Made by a program: the position numbers and the translations under genes. Shown here piece after piece: positions 52,417 through 61,581 of a DNA stretch of 64,000 nucleotides (position 1 is the stretch's first letter; every line of letters begins with the position of its first letter). The stretch covers positions 32,001-96,000 of the forward strand of contig JAKSOL010000008.1 in assembly GCA_024405635.1 (NCBI GenBank), read 5' to 3'. This stretch comes from Salinivirgaceae bacterium. Lineage in GTDB: Bacteria; Bacteroidota; Bacteroidia; Bacteroidales; SZUA-534. The notes under the pieces are model-generated. The model was given only the letters and a program-made list of their open reading frames with translations, was not told where the DNA came from and made no database searches.

Positions 52417-53418
52417 TTATTTGCCTAACAAGTCTCTTGTTTGTTTGTCAAAGTCAGAATCGATACGTTGCGTTTTGTTGAATATGTCGTATTCTCTTTC
52501 TGCCTTCTCTTTGGCTTGTGTCGCCGAGATGTGGCCTTTGTCGGGCAGAACCTTATAGTCATTAAACGTCAGGAACTTGTTAACGCTGGCTGCGAACTGC
52601 TCCATGGTGAAGGCGTTATGACGCTCTATCTGGTTCTCTATATAGTCGAAATACGATGTTACAGCACGTTCCAGCTGCTTGATTTCATTTTCTGGGAGGT
52701 AGTTCTTGGCTACTGACACATCAGATTTCAAAATACGCCCATCTGGTGCGTTCTTCCAAGTGGTCAGTCCCATGTGATCTTTTGTGTGATCGGCATTTTT
52801 ATAGACAATCTCCGCGGCCGTCTGTCCAGTTATAGCATAATGGAATCGATTCTGAATCATGGCATAAAAGTCTTTAGTCGTCGGCGCATTCTTGTCATAG
52901 TCCGTGCTACATTCGGCGTATATGTCGGTGATCTGTTGCCAAATGCGGCGCTCGCTTGCTCGGATGGAACGAACCCTTTCGAGCAATTCACGGAAGTAGT
53001 CAACACCAAACACTGCCGTACCTTGTTTCAGCCTGTCATCGTCAAGCACAAAGCCCTTGCGAATATATTCGTTCAGAATCTTTGTCGCCCATTGGCGGAA
53101 CTTAGTAGCGCGAGCAGAGGACACGCGGTAGCCGACAGAAATAATCACATCGAGATTATAAAAATCCACTTCCTCCGTGACTTCACCTCGAATACCTCTG
53201 TTTACGACGGTTGCAATTTTTGCAACTGTCGTGTCTTTCGATAATTCACCCTCTTTGTATATGTTTGCGATGTGCCTGCTTATGCCCGACTTGTCAACTC
53301 CAAAGAGTTCAGCCATAGCCTTTTGCGTGCACCATATAGTTTCGTCCTTAATGACTACTTGTACCTTGCCTTCTTCTTGTGGCAGATTATATAATATAAA
53401 TTGTATCTCTTTTGACAT
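52417..53418 (-). CDS. RhuM-family (Virulence_RhuM) DNA-binding protein
   Basis: WCTQKAMAELF, YNLDVIISVGYRV, FRQWAT, IRASERR, MGLTTW, VAKNYL. Confidence 0.9.
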   Translation of the reverse strand: MSKEIQFILYNLPQEEGKVQVVIKDETIWCTQKAMAELFGVDKSGISRHIANIYKEGELSKDTTVAKIATVVNRGIRGEVTEEVDFYNLDVIISVGYRVSSARATKFRQWATKILNEYIRKGFVLDDDRLKQGTAVFGVDYFRELLERVRSIRASERRIWQQITDIYAECSTDYDKNAPTTKDFYAMIQNRFHYAITGQTAAEIVYKNADHTKDHMGLTTWKNAPDGRILKSDVSVAKNYLPENEIKQLERAVTSYFDYIENQIERHNAFTMEQFAASVNKFLTFNDYKVLPDKGHISATQAKEKAEREYDIFNKTQRIDSDFDKQTRDLLGK

Positions 53419-53454
53419 TTTGCACTTCGTTTTGGAGCAACTATTAGAACATGC

Positions 53455-55113
53455 TTACTTCTCGAACTTCAGACTGTTCAACTGCTTCATGATTTCGTCA
53501 CCTAGACGCTGGCTTTCAGCAAGCTGCTCTGCAAATGTGTTCTTGAAGGCAGTCATGCGACTGTTGAACTCGTCCTCTGTTATGTCCTGGTATTCAATCT
53601 TGACATCGAAATACTGACCAGCAGAAAGACTGTATTTTTTCTCCTTGATCTCATCGAACGAAGCAAGTACAGAAAAGTCTTCGACGGCTTCCTGTTTGCG
53701 GAACGTGTCAACAATCAGGTTGATGTCGTCGGCCGACAGTCTGTGACGCTGATTGTTGCCATCCTTGTAGTCCTCGCCAAGTTTAGACGCATCGATGAGA
53801 ATAACCTTGTCGTGTTTTGCTCGCTTGTCGAAGAAGAGCACAGATACGTTTGTGCCAGTTGTGGCGAATACATTGGAAGGCATGGAGACGCAACCAAAGA
53901 TGATGTGATCGTCGACAATATGCTTGAGAATCTTCTGCTCGATGGACTGCGAAGCAGTGATGAAGCCAGTAGGCACAACGATAGCTCCACGTCCGTTGGC
54001 TTTGAGCGAATATAGCATGTGTTGAATGAAGCAAAGAAAAATCTTCATCGACGGCTTGTCTGGATTGATTTCCTTTGGAGCATTAGGAACGCCTGCCCAG
54101 AAGCGTAGTTTGTCGGCTGCTATCTTGTCTCGTTCGTCGGGGAAATCGAGCTTGAACGGAGGATTGCTGATGATGAAGTCGAACTTCTTAGGTGTGCCGT
54201 CTGGTTCGCGGTGGGCAGGATTGAGAAGCGTGTTGCCCTGCACGATGTTCTGGATAGATGGTACAAGATTGTTGAGGATGAGATTGAGTCGGAGCATGGC
54301 TGACGACTTCTGGCTTATATCCTGACTGTAGATGGAGCATCGTTCCTCGCCAATCTGATGCGCAAGCGCCATAAGAAGAGTTCCCGAACCTGCCGACGGG
54401 TCGTAACAAGATACAGATCGGAGGTCTTCATCATCGCCCACAAGCATACGCGCCATGATGGCGGCAATGGATTTTGGAGTGTAGTATTCGGCATACTTAC
54501 CGCCTCCGTCCTTGTTGTAGTCCTTTATAAGGTACTCGAACATAGTAGAGAAGAAGTCGTACTTCTGCTCAAATATAGCCTCGAAATTATTCTTAGGGTC
54601 AGCTAGATACTTCACAAGCGAAGCTGCAAACTCGTCAGACTCGGCCTTGTCTGGAATGAGACGTGATATAGGTTCGAAGATGCGAATCTTGTTGTTGCTG
54701 ACAGTGGCCATGGAGAAGATGTCCTCGTTGATGGTGGCAATCTCAACCATGGTGCCATCGAGCAAGTCGCCAAAGCTGGCCTGCTGCTGGGCATTGAAAA
54801 GATGTGCGAGAGTGTGACGAGGGAGCAGACGAGGAGTGCCTGACGGTAGGTAGTCGAAAAGGTCCTGCGCGTCGTCCTCAGAAAAGGTGTCATACTCGGC
54901 ATCCCATTTGTCAGCCTTGCGCAAACGCTCTGCAAGCGGATGGTTGATTTTCTTGACCTCGTAGCCGAATTTGTCGTTGAAATATTTATACAAGAACATC
55001 TGGACGATGATTTTATACTCCGAACCATCGTTGCCCAGACCTTTTGATCCGCAAGCTTGCTTGAGCGAGTCAATAAGTCGCTTTGTGGACTGTTCTACTT
55101 CTATATTTTCCAT
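53455..55113 (-). CDS. hsdM: Type I RM N6-adenine methyltransferase
   Basis: EYYTP, YDPSAGSG (motif I), NPPF (motif IV). Confidence 0.95.
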   Translation of the reverse strand: MENIEVEQSTKRLIDSLKQACGSKGLGNDGSEYKIIVQMFLYKYFNDKFGYEVKKINHPLAERLRKADKWDAEYDTFSEDDAQDLFDYLPSGTPRLLPRHTLAHLFNAQQQASFGDLLDGTMVEIATINEDIFSMATVSNNKIRIFEPISRLIPDKAESDEFAASLVKYLADPKNNFEAIFEQKYDFFSTMFEYLIKDYNKDGGGKYAEYYTPKSIAAIMARMLVGDDEDLRSVSCYDPSAGSGTLLMALAHQIGEERCSIYSQDISQKSSAMLRLNLILNNLVPSIQNIVQGNTLLNPAHREPDGTPKKFDFIISNPPFKLDFPDERDKIAADKLRFWAGVPNAPKEINPDKPSMKIFLCFIQHMLYSLKANGRGAIVVPTGFITASQSIEQKILKHIVDDHIIFGCVSMPSNVFATTGTNVSVLFFDKRAKHDKVILIDASKLGEDYKDGNNQRHRLSADDINLIVDTFRKQEAVEDFSVLASFDEIKEKKYSLSAGQYFDVKIEYQDITEDEFNSRMTAFKNTFAEQLAESQRLGDEIMKQLNSLKFEK

Positions 55114-55122
55114 GTGATATTG

Positions 55123-58100
55123 TTATGCGATGTATGTATTGAGATATTCTTGCGCAATCTGGTTGCGGATGAAAAGACGGTCGTTGCGGTCGGCCTGTAT
55201 GTTCATTTCCATGAGCTTAGAGCTGACGGCACGCATGATGTCTTGCGTAAAGACAGGCTCGTTCTGAAGGACTTGAACATTGTAGTAAATCTGGTCGTCC
55301 ACCATGAGCTTGATCTGGTAAAGGTTGTCGCAGATGATGCGCTCCTTGTCGGATATTATGTGACGCTGCGGCGGCACCTGACGACGTGCGTTTTCTTCAG
55401 TGAGTCGCTTGTGTATGCGGACAAACTTCTCGTCGTCATTGTACTTGGCCTTCAGCTGGGTATTGCGGCGATTGATTTCTCGAATCTTTGCCATGACGGA
55501 GTCCATGTAGTCGATGTCCTCCTTGGCCTCGGCAACGTCGTGAGGGACGAAGCCTCGTTTGCGGAAGAACGAGCGGAACTCGTCGGCAAGGTTGACAAAC
55601 TTCTCCTCTGTCTGGTCGAAATTGATGCTGAACTGTCCCTGCACCTTCTCGTAACGTTCGCGAAGATCGTTGATGCAAACCTGTAGCTCTTCCTCGCCCT
55701 TCTTCTGGAACTTAAAGTCGAGTTCGGCAATGGCTTCATTGATGATGCCCGACACTTCGTCTCTATGGCTGTTGCCTTCGAGCATATTAAGTCGGTCTAT
55801 GCGATGGTTGACCTCAGAAGCCAGAGCGGAGATGTCGCCAGGCTTGAGCTCAGAGACCATCTGCTTCATGTCGTCGTCACCATAAGAACGTATGTTGTTG
55901 ATGAGAGCCTTTGCATTATCGAGAGCCTTGCGAAGAACGTAGAGCTGGTCTTTGTGCTCAGAGTCAATCTCATCGAGTTCCTGACGGAAAACCTCCTTGT
56001 TGGTCGTAGTGAAGTTCCAGAGGACATCCTTGATCTCTGAAATCTGCTGCTCTATCTCCTCGGCAGAGTACATAAGTGCATTGCCGACACCTGTATTCTC
56101 GTCATCTGGCAAATCGAGGCCCTCTGTCGTGCGGTTGAGCTCACGAAGATACATATTGTTTGTCTCGATGAAGTTCTGCTTGATGTTGGCGAAATCTACT
56201 ATGTAGCCAAACTTGAAGTGCATGAACGGACGGTTGACACGAGTCAGAGCCTGCAAAAGATCGTGTCCGTCGAGCTTGCGACACAGATACAGCTTTTTGA
56301 GTCGTGGAGCATCGAAACCAGTAAGGAGCATTTTGTTGACAATGAGGAAATCAACTGATTCCTTTTTCTTAAACTCAGCGATAGAGCCCTTACGTTCGGA
56401 CTTGTCGCCCTCGTCATGAAGGATAAGATAAGCCTTCATTGGCTTAGCGTCCTGCTCGAAATACTTGTTGAAAAGTTCGAAAAGTTTTCGTGCCTGAGGG
56501 TTCGTCTCACAAACAATCATGCCCGCCATCTGCTTGCAGTCTTGCTGAATGCGAGACTTGCGTAGGTCGGCAACAATGTATTCAATGATGGCATTGAGAT
56601 AGTTCTCTGACTCAACAATCTTACTGCGGTCGATGTCTGATTTCTTGACCTCAACATTGCCCGTAAGCTGTTTCAGGATGTTCTCAATCTTTTCTTTGTA
56701 CTGAGTTTCTATGTCTTCACGGATGAGCTTTAGCGTATATCCGTCGGCAATAGATTTGTCATAATAGTAAGTGTCGATATAATCACCGAACACCTTCCAC
56801 GAAGCACGTTCACCAGCAATTAGCGGAGTGCCAGTAAGAGCTATCTTGATAGCGTCTTTGTCGGCATCGAGCAGGTTAGCAAGGAAAGAGCCTGTAGGAT
56901 TGTAGCCACGGTGTGCTTCATCGATGAAGAATACACGCTGAAGTTTTGTGCTATATTGGCTTTCAATAACCACCTTGTTGTGGTCTTCTGCAAACTTCTG
57001 TATGTTTACAACCGTTATTTCTCGTTTGCCCTCTTTGTTGTGAGTTACAACAGGATCTTTGATGTCGTCCATGAGAGTCTGGCGCGAGTCGCACGACCGA
57101 GGAAGAAGACCTCGTTTGTCGAACTCGCCAATTGCTTGCTCCATAAGGTCGAGACGATCGACAATGAAGTAGAACTTGACAGGTATATTCTTTGCTGCGA
57201 AATAATCGGTAAGCGAATTGACATTGTAGTAAGTCAGGGCTGTCTTTCCAGAGCCTTGCGTATGCCAAATGATGCCTGACTTTATGTTGTTGTCGAGTTT
57301 GCGACGGATTGCATACGAAGCAAACAGCTGCTGATAACGCATGATATGCTTCTGAAGCTCGTAATGTTCGACACCTGCATCGTCTTGCTTCTTTTCATCG
57401 ACATAAGCGAAAGCATATTGGAGGATGAAAAGAAGGCGGTCACGACTGAGCATAGAAGTGATTATGCGGTTAGTCGGAGTGTCAGGCTGCTTGTTGGTCT
57501 GATACTCTGGCAACTCCTTGATAGGAATACAGTTGCGATGAGTAAGGATAGCCTTTTCAACTTCTTCTGGAATGCTTGGGTTGTAGCCGCATTGGTCGAG
57601 GATATGTTTGTCGGCTTCGCGGAATACGTTGTAAAAGGCTTTCTTCTTACTCGAAGAAGCATAGAAAGCGCCACTGACAGGGACAATGTTCTCGTTGTCG
57701 TACTCCTGGTTGTTGGAGAAGATCATCAACTGCGTTACATTGAAGAACGTGCGGAAAGCTTTGTTTTGGAAACGTTTGTTACTGCGGTCGCGCTCGGCCA
57801 GAATGCCCTCGTGATTATTGGGGATTTTGACCTCGATGAAGGCAACAGGAATGCCATTGACGAAGCATGTTATGTCAGGGCGAAACTCGTCCGTCGTGTC
57901 CTCGTTGCGACATGTAAACTCAGTGGTGCAGTGCCAGACATTGTTGGAAGCGTCATCGAAGTCAATGAGACGAAGACCAGATTTTTTGCTAGTCAGTTTC
58001 TTGTAGAACTCTCGGCCAAGGTCGTCATTAGAGCTACAACTAATAAGGTCATTGATTATGTTTTTGGCCTCCTTGGTCTCTATGCCTGGATTGAGACGAA

Positions 58101-58257
58101 GAATAGAGTCCAGCAATACACCTGTAAGAATGTTAGTCTTATGGTCGTATGTGTCTTCCTGGATGTGTGAAAGATATGTATATCCTAAACGGCAGAGGTG
58201 AACAGCCGCTGGCACTTGAACTCTGGTATTTTCGTTATGGTTTCTAGACATAGCCAA
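55123..58257 (-). CDS. hsdR: Type I RM restriction subunit
   Basis: RPD...IEVK nuclease motif, HTQGSGKT, DEAH, TGTP, LTGFDAP, QALTRVNR. Confidence 0.95.
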   Translation of the reverse strand: MAMSRNHNENTRVQVPAAVHLCRLGYTYLSHIQEDTYDHKTNILTGVLLDSILRLNPGIETKEAKNIINDLISCSSNDDLGREFYKKLTSKKSGLRLIDFDDASNNVWHCTTEFTCRNEDTTDEFRPDITCFVNGIPVAFIEVKIPNNHEGILAERDRSNKRFQNKAFRTFFNVTQLMIFSNNQEYDNENIVPVSGAFYASSSKKKAFYNVFREADKHILDQCGYNPSIPEEVEKAILTHRNCIPIKELPEYQTNKQPDTPTNRIITSMLSRDRLLFILQYAFAYVDEKKQDDAGVEHYELQKHIMRYQQLFASYAIRRKLDNNIKSGIIWHTQGSGKTALTYYNVNSLTDYFAAKNIPVKFYFIVDRLDLMEQAIGEFDKRGLLPRSCDSRQTLMDDIKDPVVTHNKEGKREITVVNIQKFAEDHNKVVIESQYSTKLQRVFFIDEAHRGYNPTGSFLANLLDADKDAIKIALTGTPLIAGERASWKVFGDYIDTYYYDKSIADGYTLKLIREDIETQYKEKIENILKQLTGNVEVKKSDIDRSKIVESENYLNAIIEYIVADLRKSRIQQDCKQMAGMIVCETNPQARKLFELFNKYFEQDAKPMKAYLILHDEGDKSERKGSIAEFKKKESVDFLIVNKMLLTGFDAPRLKKLYLCRKLDGHDLLQALTRVNRPFMHFKFGYIVDFANIKQNFIETNNMYLRELNRTTEGLDLPDDENTGVGNALMYSAEEIEQQISEIKDVLWNFTTTNKEVFRQELDEIDSEHKDQLYVLRKALDNAKALINNIRSYGDDDMKQMVSELKPGDISALASEVNHRIDRLNMLEGNSHRDEVSGIINEAIAELDFKFQKKGEEELQVCINDLRERYEKVQGQFSINFDQTEEKFVNLADEFRSFFRKRGFVPHDVAEAKEDIDYMDSVMAKIREINRRNTQLKAKYNDDEKFVRIHKRLTEENARRQVPPQRHIISDKERIICDNLYQIKLMVDDQIYYNVQVLQNEPVFTQDIMRAVSSKLMEMNIQADRNDRLFIRNQIAQEYLNTYIA

Positions 58258-58277
58258 GTAGTATTTGTTGTTTTACA

Positions 58278-58374
58278 ATACTGGCATCGATGGGGAGAAT
58301 GCGTAATGCACTCCGACCATGCGTGAGTCTAATTTCCGTTTTCTACTTCCTGTTAGTCCACAATATGCCAATAT
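58278..58374 (-). ncRNA. Candidate structured 5' leader RNA (three-way junction) of the hsd operon
   Basis: 10-bp closing helix plus two inner hairpins folded by hand; starts just after a TAGTTTTG -7 box. Confidence 0.4.
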
Positions 58375-58383
58375 AAATTGCGG

Positions 58384-58391
58384 CAAAACTA
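58384..58391 (-). promoter_or_regulatory. -7 promoter box (TAGTTTTG) of the hsd operon
   Basis: Matches TAnnTTTG. Confidence 0.55.
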
Positions 58392-58479
58392 GTGATAATT
58401 TGCGACATGTTAGTTATTTTATGGACTCGTTAACACTTTGAGGATGGGGAAATATAATACAAGCAGGACGCTGCACTGG

Positions 58480-58737
58480 GTTTGGGGCGTTTTATTTTGC
58501 ACTGTTATTAACAACGTGTCAGCATACACAAAAAAATATTCGTCGATTTCAGCTGCCTCTGGCACATCAACTTTTTCTAAAGTAAACTACTCAATTGGCG
58601 GCATGTTTTTTTTCGGTTAAGAATACTTGCTCGGGGGCATTTGGAAATTCGTAACCTTTGTTGTTTTGGCATGCGGTTGCGAACAAAAAAAGGCAAAAGA
58701 CAATAGCCAAAGAAGTGAAATAATTAAATAATTTCAT
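58480..58737 (-). pseudogene. Decayed, truncated paralog of the beta-propeller lipoproteins
   Basis: MKLF...ATAC lipobox, GYEFP..PEQVFLTEK; +1 frameshift in A8 (58606-58613), TAG at 58587-58589, then FTLEKVDVP...YFFVYADTLLI; cut off at the island. Confidence 0.8.
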
Positions 58738-58748
58738 GGTATTATTGT

Positions 58749-58772
58749 TAAAAAAAGGGAAGATTCCTCCCC
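58749..58772 (-). terminator. Terminator after the small Cys-rich peptide gene
   Basis: GGGAG-GAAT-CTTCCC-type hairpin followed by a T-tract on the minus strand. Confidence 0.55.
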
Positions 58773-58781
58773 TAATAGATA

Positions 58782-59039
58782 TTAGCGAGAATAATATAAA
58801 TGTAAACTAGCATTCGATATTTTGACTTCATGTTGCGTAGTTTTTAATTCACAAACTGTTGCTCGATTACTATATGCACAACAATAATAAAATCCACACG
58901 CTCCATAAACAGGTTCAATTATTCCAAATAAACAGTTTGAATTTACATCAATCGCACTAGCATTCCTCACATTACCAGCCACCACAGCAGCTACTCCGCT
59001 AACTGCCACTGCAGCTAGAATTAAAAATCTCTTTTTCAT
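58782..59039 (-). CDS. Small secreted Cys-rich protein (NVEALA-like architecture)
   Basis: MKKR plus hydrophobic signal; 5 Cys in the C-terminal part; neighbours beta-propeller lipoproteins. Confidence 0.65.
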   Translation of the reverse strand: MKKRFLILAAVAVSGVAAVVAGNVRNASAIDVNSNCLFGIIEPVYGACGFYYCCAYSNRATVCELKTTQHEVKISNASLHLYYSR

Positions 59040-59065
59040 TTTGTAAAATTTTAAATTAAAAATTC

Positions 59066-59155
59066 GTTGTTTTTACAAAACCGTTGGCGCCTTGAGTTTT
59101 GCGCGCCAAACCAAAAAAAAACAAACCTCCAAATTTTTGTTAAACTTTTTTGTGA
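59066..59155 (-). repeat. Copy 2 of a ~90-bp upstream element (copy 1 at 61582-61673)
   Basis: Identical to copy 1 except 2 substitutions and C2A9 vs C5A8 tract. Confidence 0.9.
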
Positions 59156-59170
59156 AAAATGTTGGAGTTT

Positions 59171-60319
59171 TTATTTCTCAAAAATGCATTGATATAAAAC
59201 TGTGTTTTTATATTCTTCAAACACATTCATATACAAATTGCCCGACTGGTCGCAATACGAAAGGGCCCCAACTTGGCCTTTTAGGTTTCGGCATTTCAGG
59301 CGGCGCACAAGGTTGCAGCTGGTGTCGAACACCCATATTTCGTGAAACTCGCCATTGGCAGGATCGCCCGACCAACCAACATTACCTTCAAAAGTTACAC
59401 TCGACCTATAATTGTTTACTAATATGTGATTTTCAGTCTGACAATCTATTGAAAAGCACTCTAATGCCACACCATTTTCCATAACCATATAGTTGTCCAC
59501 TAGTTTTAACTCAGTGTCTTTGAATTTAGTGTCGCGATATTGTTTTACAATGTTAAAGTTGCTGTCGTATATGTTTATCGCTGGAAAGTTCAGCCAAAAC
59601 TCAATGTACTGCGAATTGAATAAAGTAATTGTGCGTCTCATCGCATATTCAGCATCTACACTGTCATTTTTGGCATAGTTATACAACTATGTTCCATCTA
59701 AATTGGTTTGTACAAAACTTGGTACAGTTTCCACTCCAAATCCATTTATATATTGAGTGTTTGCCCATGTTATTGTGCTGTCGGTTGTGTAAACATAGTC
59801 CATCAAATTTAACGAGTTGTAGGGCGTAAACTTGGTTGTATATGCGCTACCTTTTGCAAGTATTGAGTCGATGCTCAGGCGTGTAACTATCTTTTTTTCA
59901 GTATCGGCTGCATACAAATAATTCTCATGCAGTTTTACTACAAGATTTTTAAGCTTGCCGTTTGCTTTTCCATACCTAAAATATTCGGCAATAATCTCTT
60001 TTGTTTTGTAGTTCATTACCGTAAGCATGTATGGCTTAGGTTTTGGATTGAAAGCGTTTACCATTATCAAAATAGAATCTTGATATAGGTAGTATGCCGT
60101 TAAATCTTCGTACCCCTTTGGTATGTCGATTTTTTTTAACGTAAACCACTCAATTTTGGGCAAATCGCTTTCGGTTAAATTGATTACACTATCGGCTTGC
60201 GGATAGTACTTGCCGCTTGAATAATAAACCTCTTGTTGGGTTTCGATGTTTGCTTGCTTTTGCCCACACGAGTTGAGCAAACAAATAGTTATAAAGATTG
60301 GTAAAATCAGGTTTTTCAT
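59171..60319 (-). pseudogene. BF3164-like 6-bladed beta-propeller lipoprotein with one in-frame TAG (59687-59689)
   Basis: ORFs 59687-60319 and 59171-59686 abut in the same frame and together align end-to-end with 60323-61444 (LNSC lipobox ... YQCIFEK). Confidence 0.8.
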
Positions 60320-60322
60320 GGT

Positions 60323-61444
60323 TTATTTTTCAAAAATGCATTTGTAAAGGCAATAATCTTCGTCTTCGTCCATTGATGTAATGTACATGTTGCCCGATTG
60401 TTCGCAATACGAAATGCCGTGTGGATATATTATTCCATTCTGAGGTTTGAATCGTCTAACCAAATTAAAATTGTTGTCAAAGCAAAAAATCTCGTACTTC
60501 TCATATAGTTTTTTCGCAAAATCTTGCGACTTATAAAACTCTATTTTAGAATTGCCTGAAGGGACACGAAAACGTGGCGAGTTTGCAAAAATGAAGTTGT
60601 TGGTTTGTGTGCCAAAGTTGAAGAAGAACGAATCGCCGTCTTCCCAAAGCATTGGCGAATTGTTTACTTGAGTTAGCTTAGGAAAGTCGTAGTATGGGTC
60701 TTTGTATATTTTGGTCATTTTGAAACTCTTGTCGTACACGGTCACAACAGGAAAACGGGCCCAAAAAACTATGTATCCAGCATTTGTATATGCCATTGAG
60801 CGACCATAAGGAGTTCCGGGATATATGTCAGTGTTTTCTTCTATTTCAGCAAAAGGTTCGCCAGTTTTGGCATCGTACTGAACAAATTCAGGAAGTTCGC
60901 TTGCTCCAAATCCTTTCATATACCATTCGTTTATGGCGGTTATGGTGTCGTCTGCTACATATTCAAAAGCATCGGAACGAATACTACTATCAAAATGTAC
61001 AAACACTGGCGCGTAGTCGTTCTTTTTAATCAGCACCGAGTCAATGTTCACGCGAGTATCGGTGTTCAAAGAGTAGTCCGATACGTATAAATAATTGCGT
61101 TTTAAATCGGCTGCTACGTTTAGCATTTCGCTTGGTCCGTTGCCTTTTTTAAAATAGCCTGCAATTTCCTCTTTGGTGTTCAGGTTGTAAAACGTAACTA
61201 TAAAAGATTGTGGATTTTTACTATTAACTATTATGGCTATGCTGTCGTTATAGACAAAGTACTCGCCGCCAGCGTACTTTACTGGCAAGTCTATTTTTTT
61301 CAAAGTGAAATACTCAACTGCGGGTTCGTTTTCCGAAATTTCTACAACGTTTTTGCATTCAGGATAATGGCTCTCGCTTTTGGGTGTGCAAGCGCTCAAA
61401 AAAGCAACTACAAATAGCAAGCAGTTAATCAATAGTGTTCTCAT
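60323..61444 (-). CDS. BF3164-like/TolB-like beta-propeller lipoprotein (intact)
   Basis: LSAC lipobox, KKGNGPSEM, C-terminal YKCIFEK. Confidence 0.75.
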   Translation of the reverse strand: MRTLLINCLLFVVAFLSACTPKSESHYPECKNVVEISENEPAVEYFTLKKIDLPVKYAGGEYFVYNDSIAIIVNSKNPQSFIVTFYNLNTKEEIAGYFKKGNGPSEMLNVAADLKRNYLYVSDYSLNTDTRVNIDSVLIKKNDYAPVFVHFDSSIRSDAFEYVADDTITAINEWYMKGFGASELPEFVQYDAKTGEPFAEIEENTDIYPGTPYGRSMAYTNAGYIVFWARFPVVTVYDKSFKMTKIYKDPYYDFPKLTQVNNSPMLWEDGDSFFFNFGTQTNNFIFANSPRFRVPSGNSKIEFYKSQDFAKKLYEKYEIFCFDNNFNLVRRFKPQNGIIYPHGISYCEQSGNMYITSMDEDEDYCLYKCIFEK

Positions 61445-61485
61445 AGTTTGATTTGTATAAATTCTCTATAAATAACTCAAGTTTT

Positions 61486-61581
61486 TCAATTCATAAGTTG
61501 TGTTGTTCCATAACCTGTGTCGCTTGCTCTATTGTTAGTATTTGAATCGAACCAAACACAAGTCCCCTCACATTGCTTGAA
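61486..61581 (-). pseudogene. Start-less remnant, possibly the 3' half of a small Cys-rich peptide gene
   Basis: FKQCEGTCVWFDSNTNNRASDTGYGTTQLMN*, in the position equivalent to 58782-59039. Confidence 0.4.

Larger units (their letters stand above)
50277..58480 (-). mobile_element. Horizontally acquired type I RM defence island (no integrase); boundaries approximate
   Basis: Truncated host genes on both sides; hsdR/hsdM more GC-rich than the flanks. Confidence 0.65.

Noticed and set aside
55057-58170. Long antisense ORFs (209 aa, 274 aa) over hsdR
   Set aside because: Expected shadows of GC-rich codon usage; no recognisable motifs
58438-58620. 60-aa plus-strand ORF
   Set aside because: Antisense to the lipoprotein pseudogene and not the missing ATPase continuation (no YGRRRVGKT)
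58587-59689. Genome-wide TAG reassignment or pyrrolysine
   Set aside because: Core genes terminate at TAG, no pyl genes are present, and one of the two TAG genes is also frameshifted
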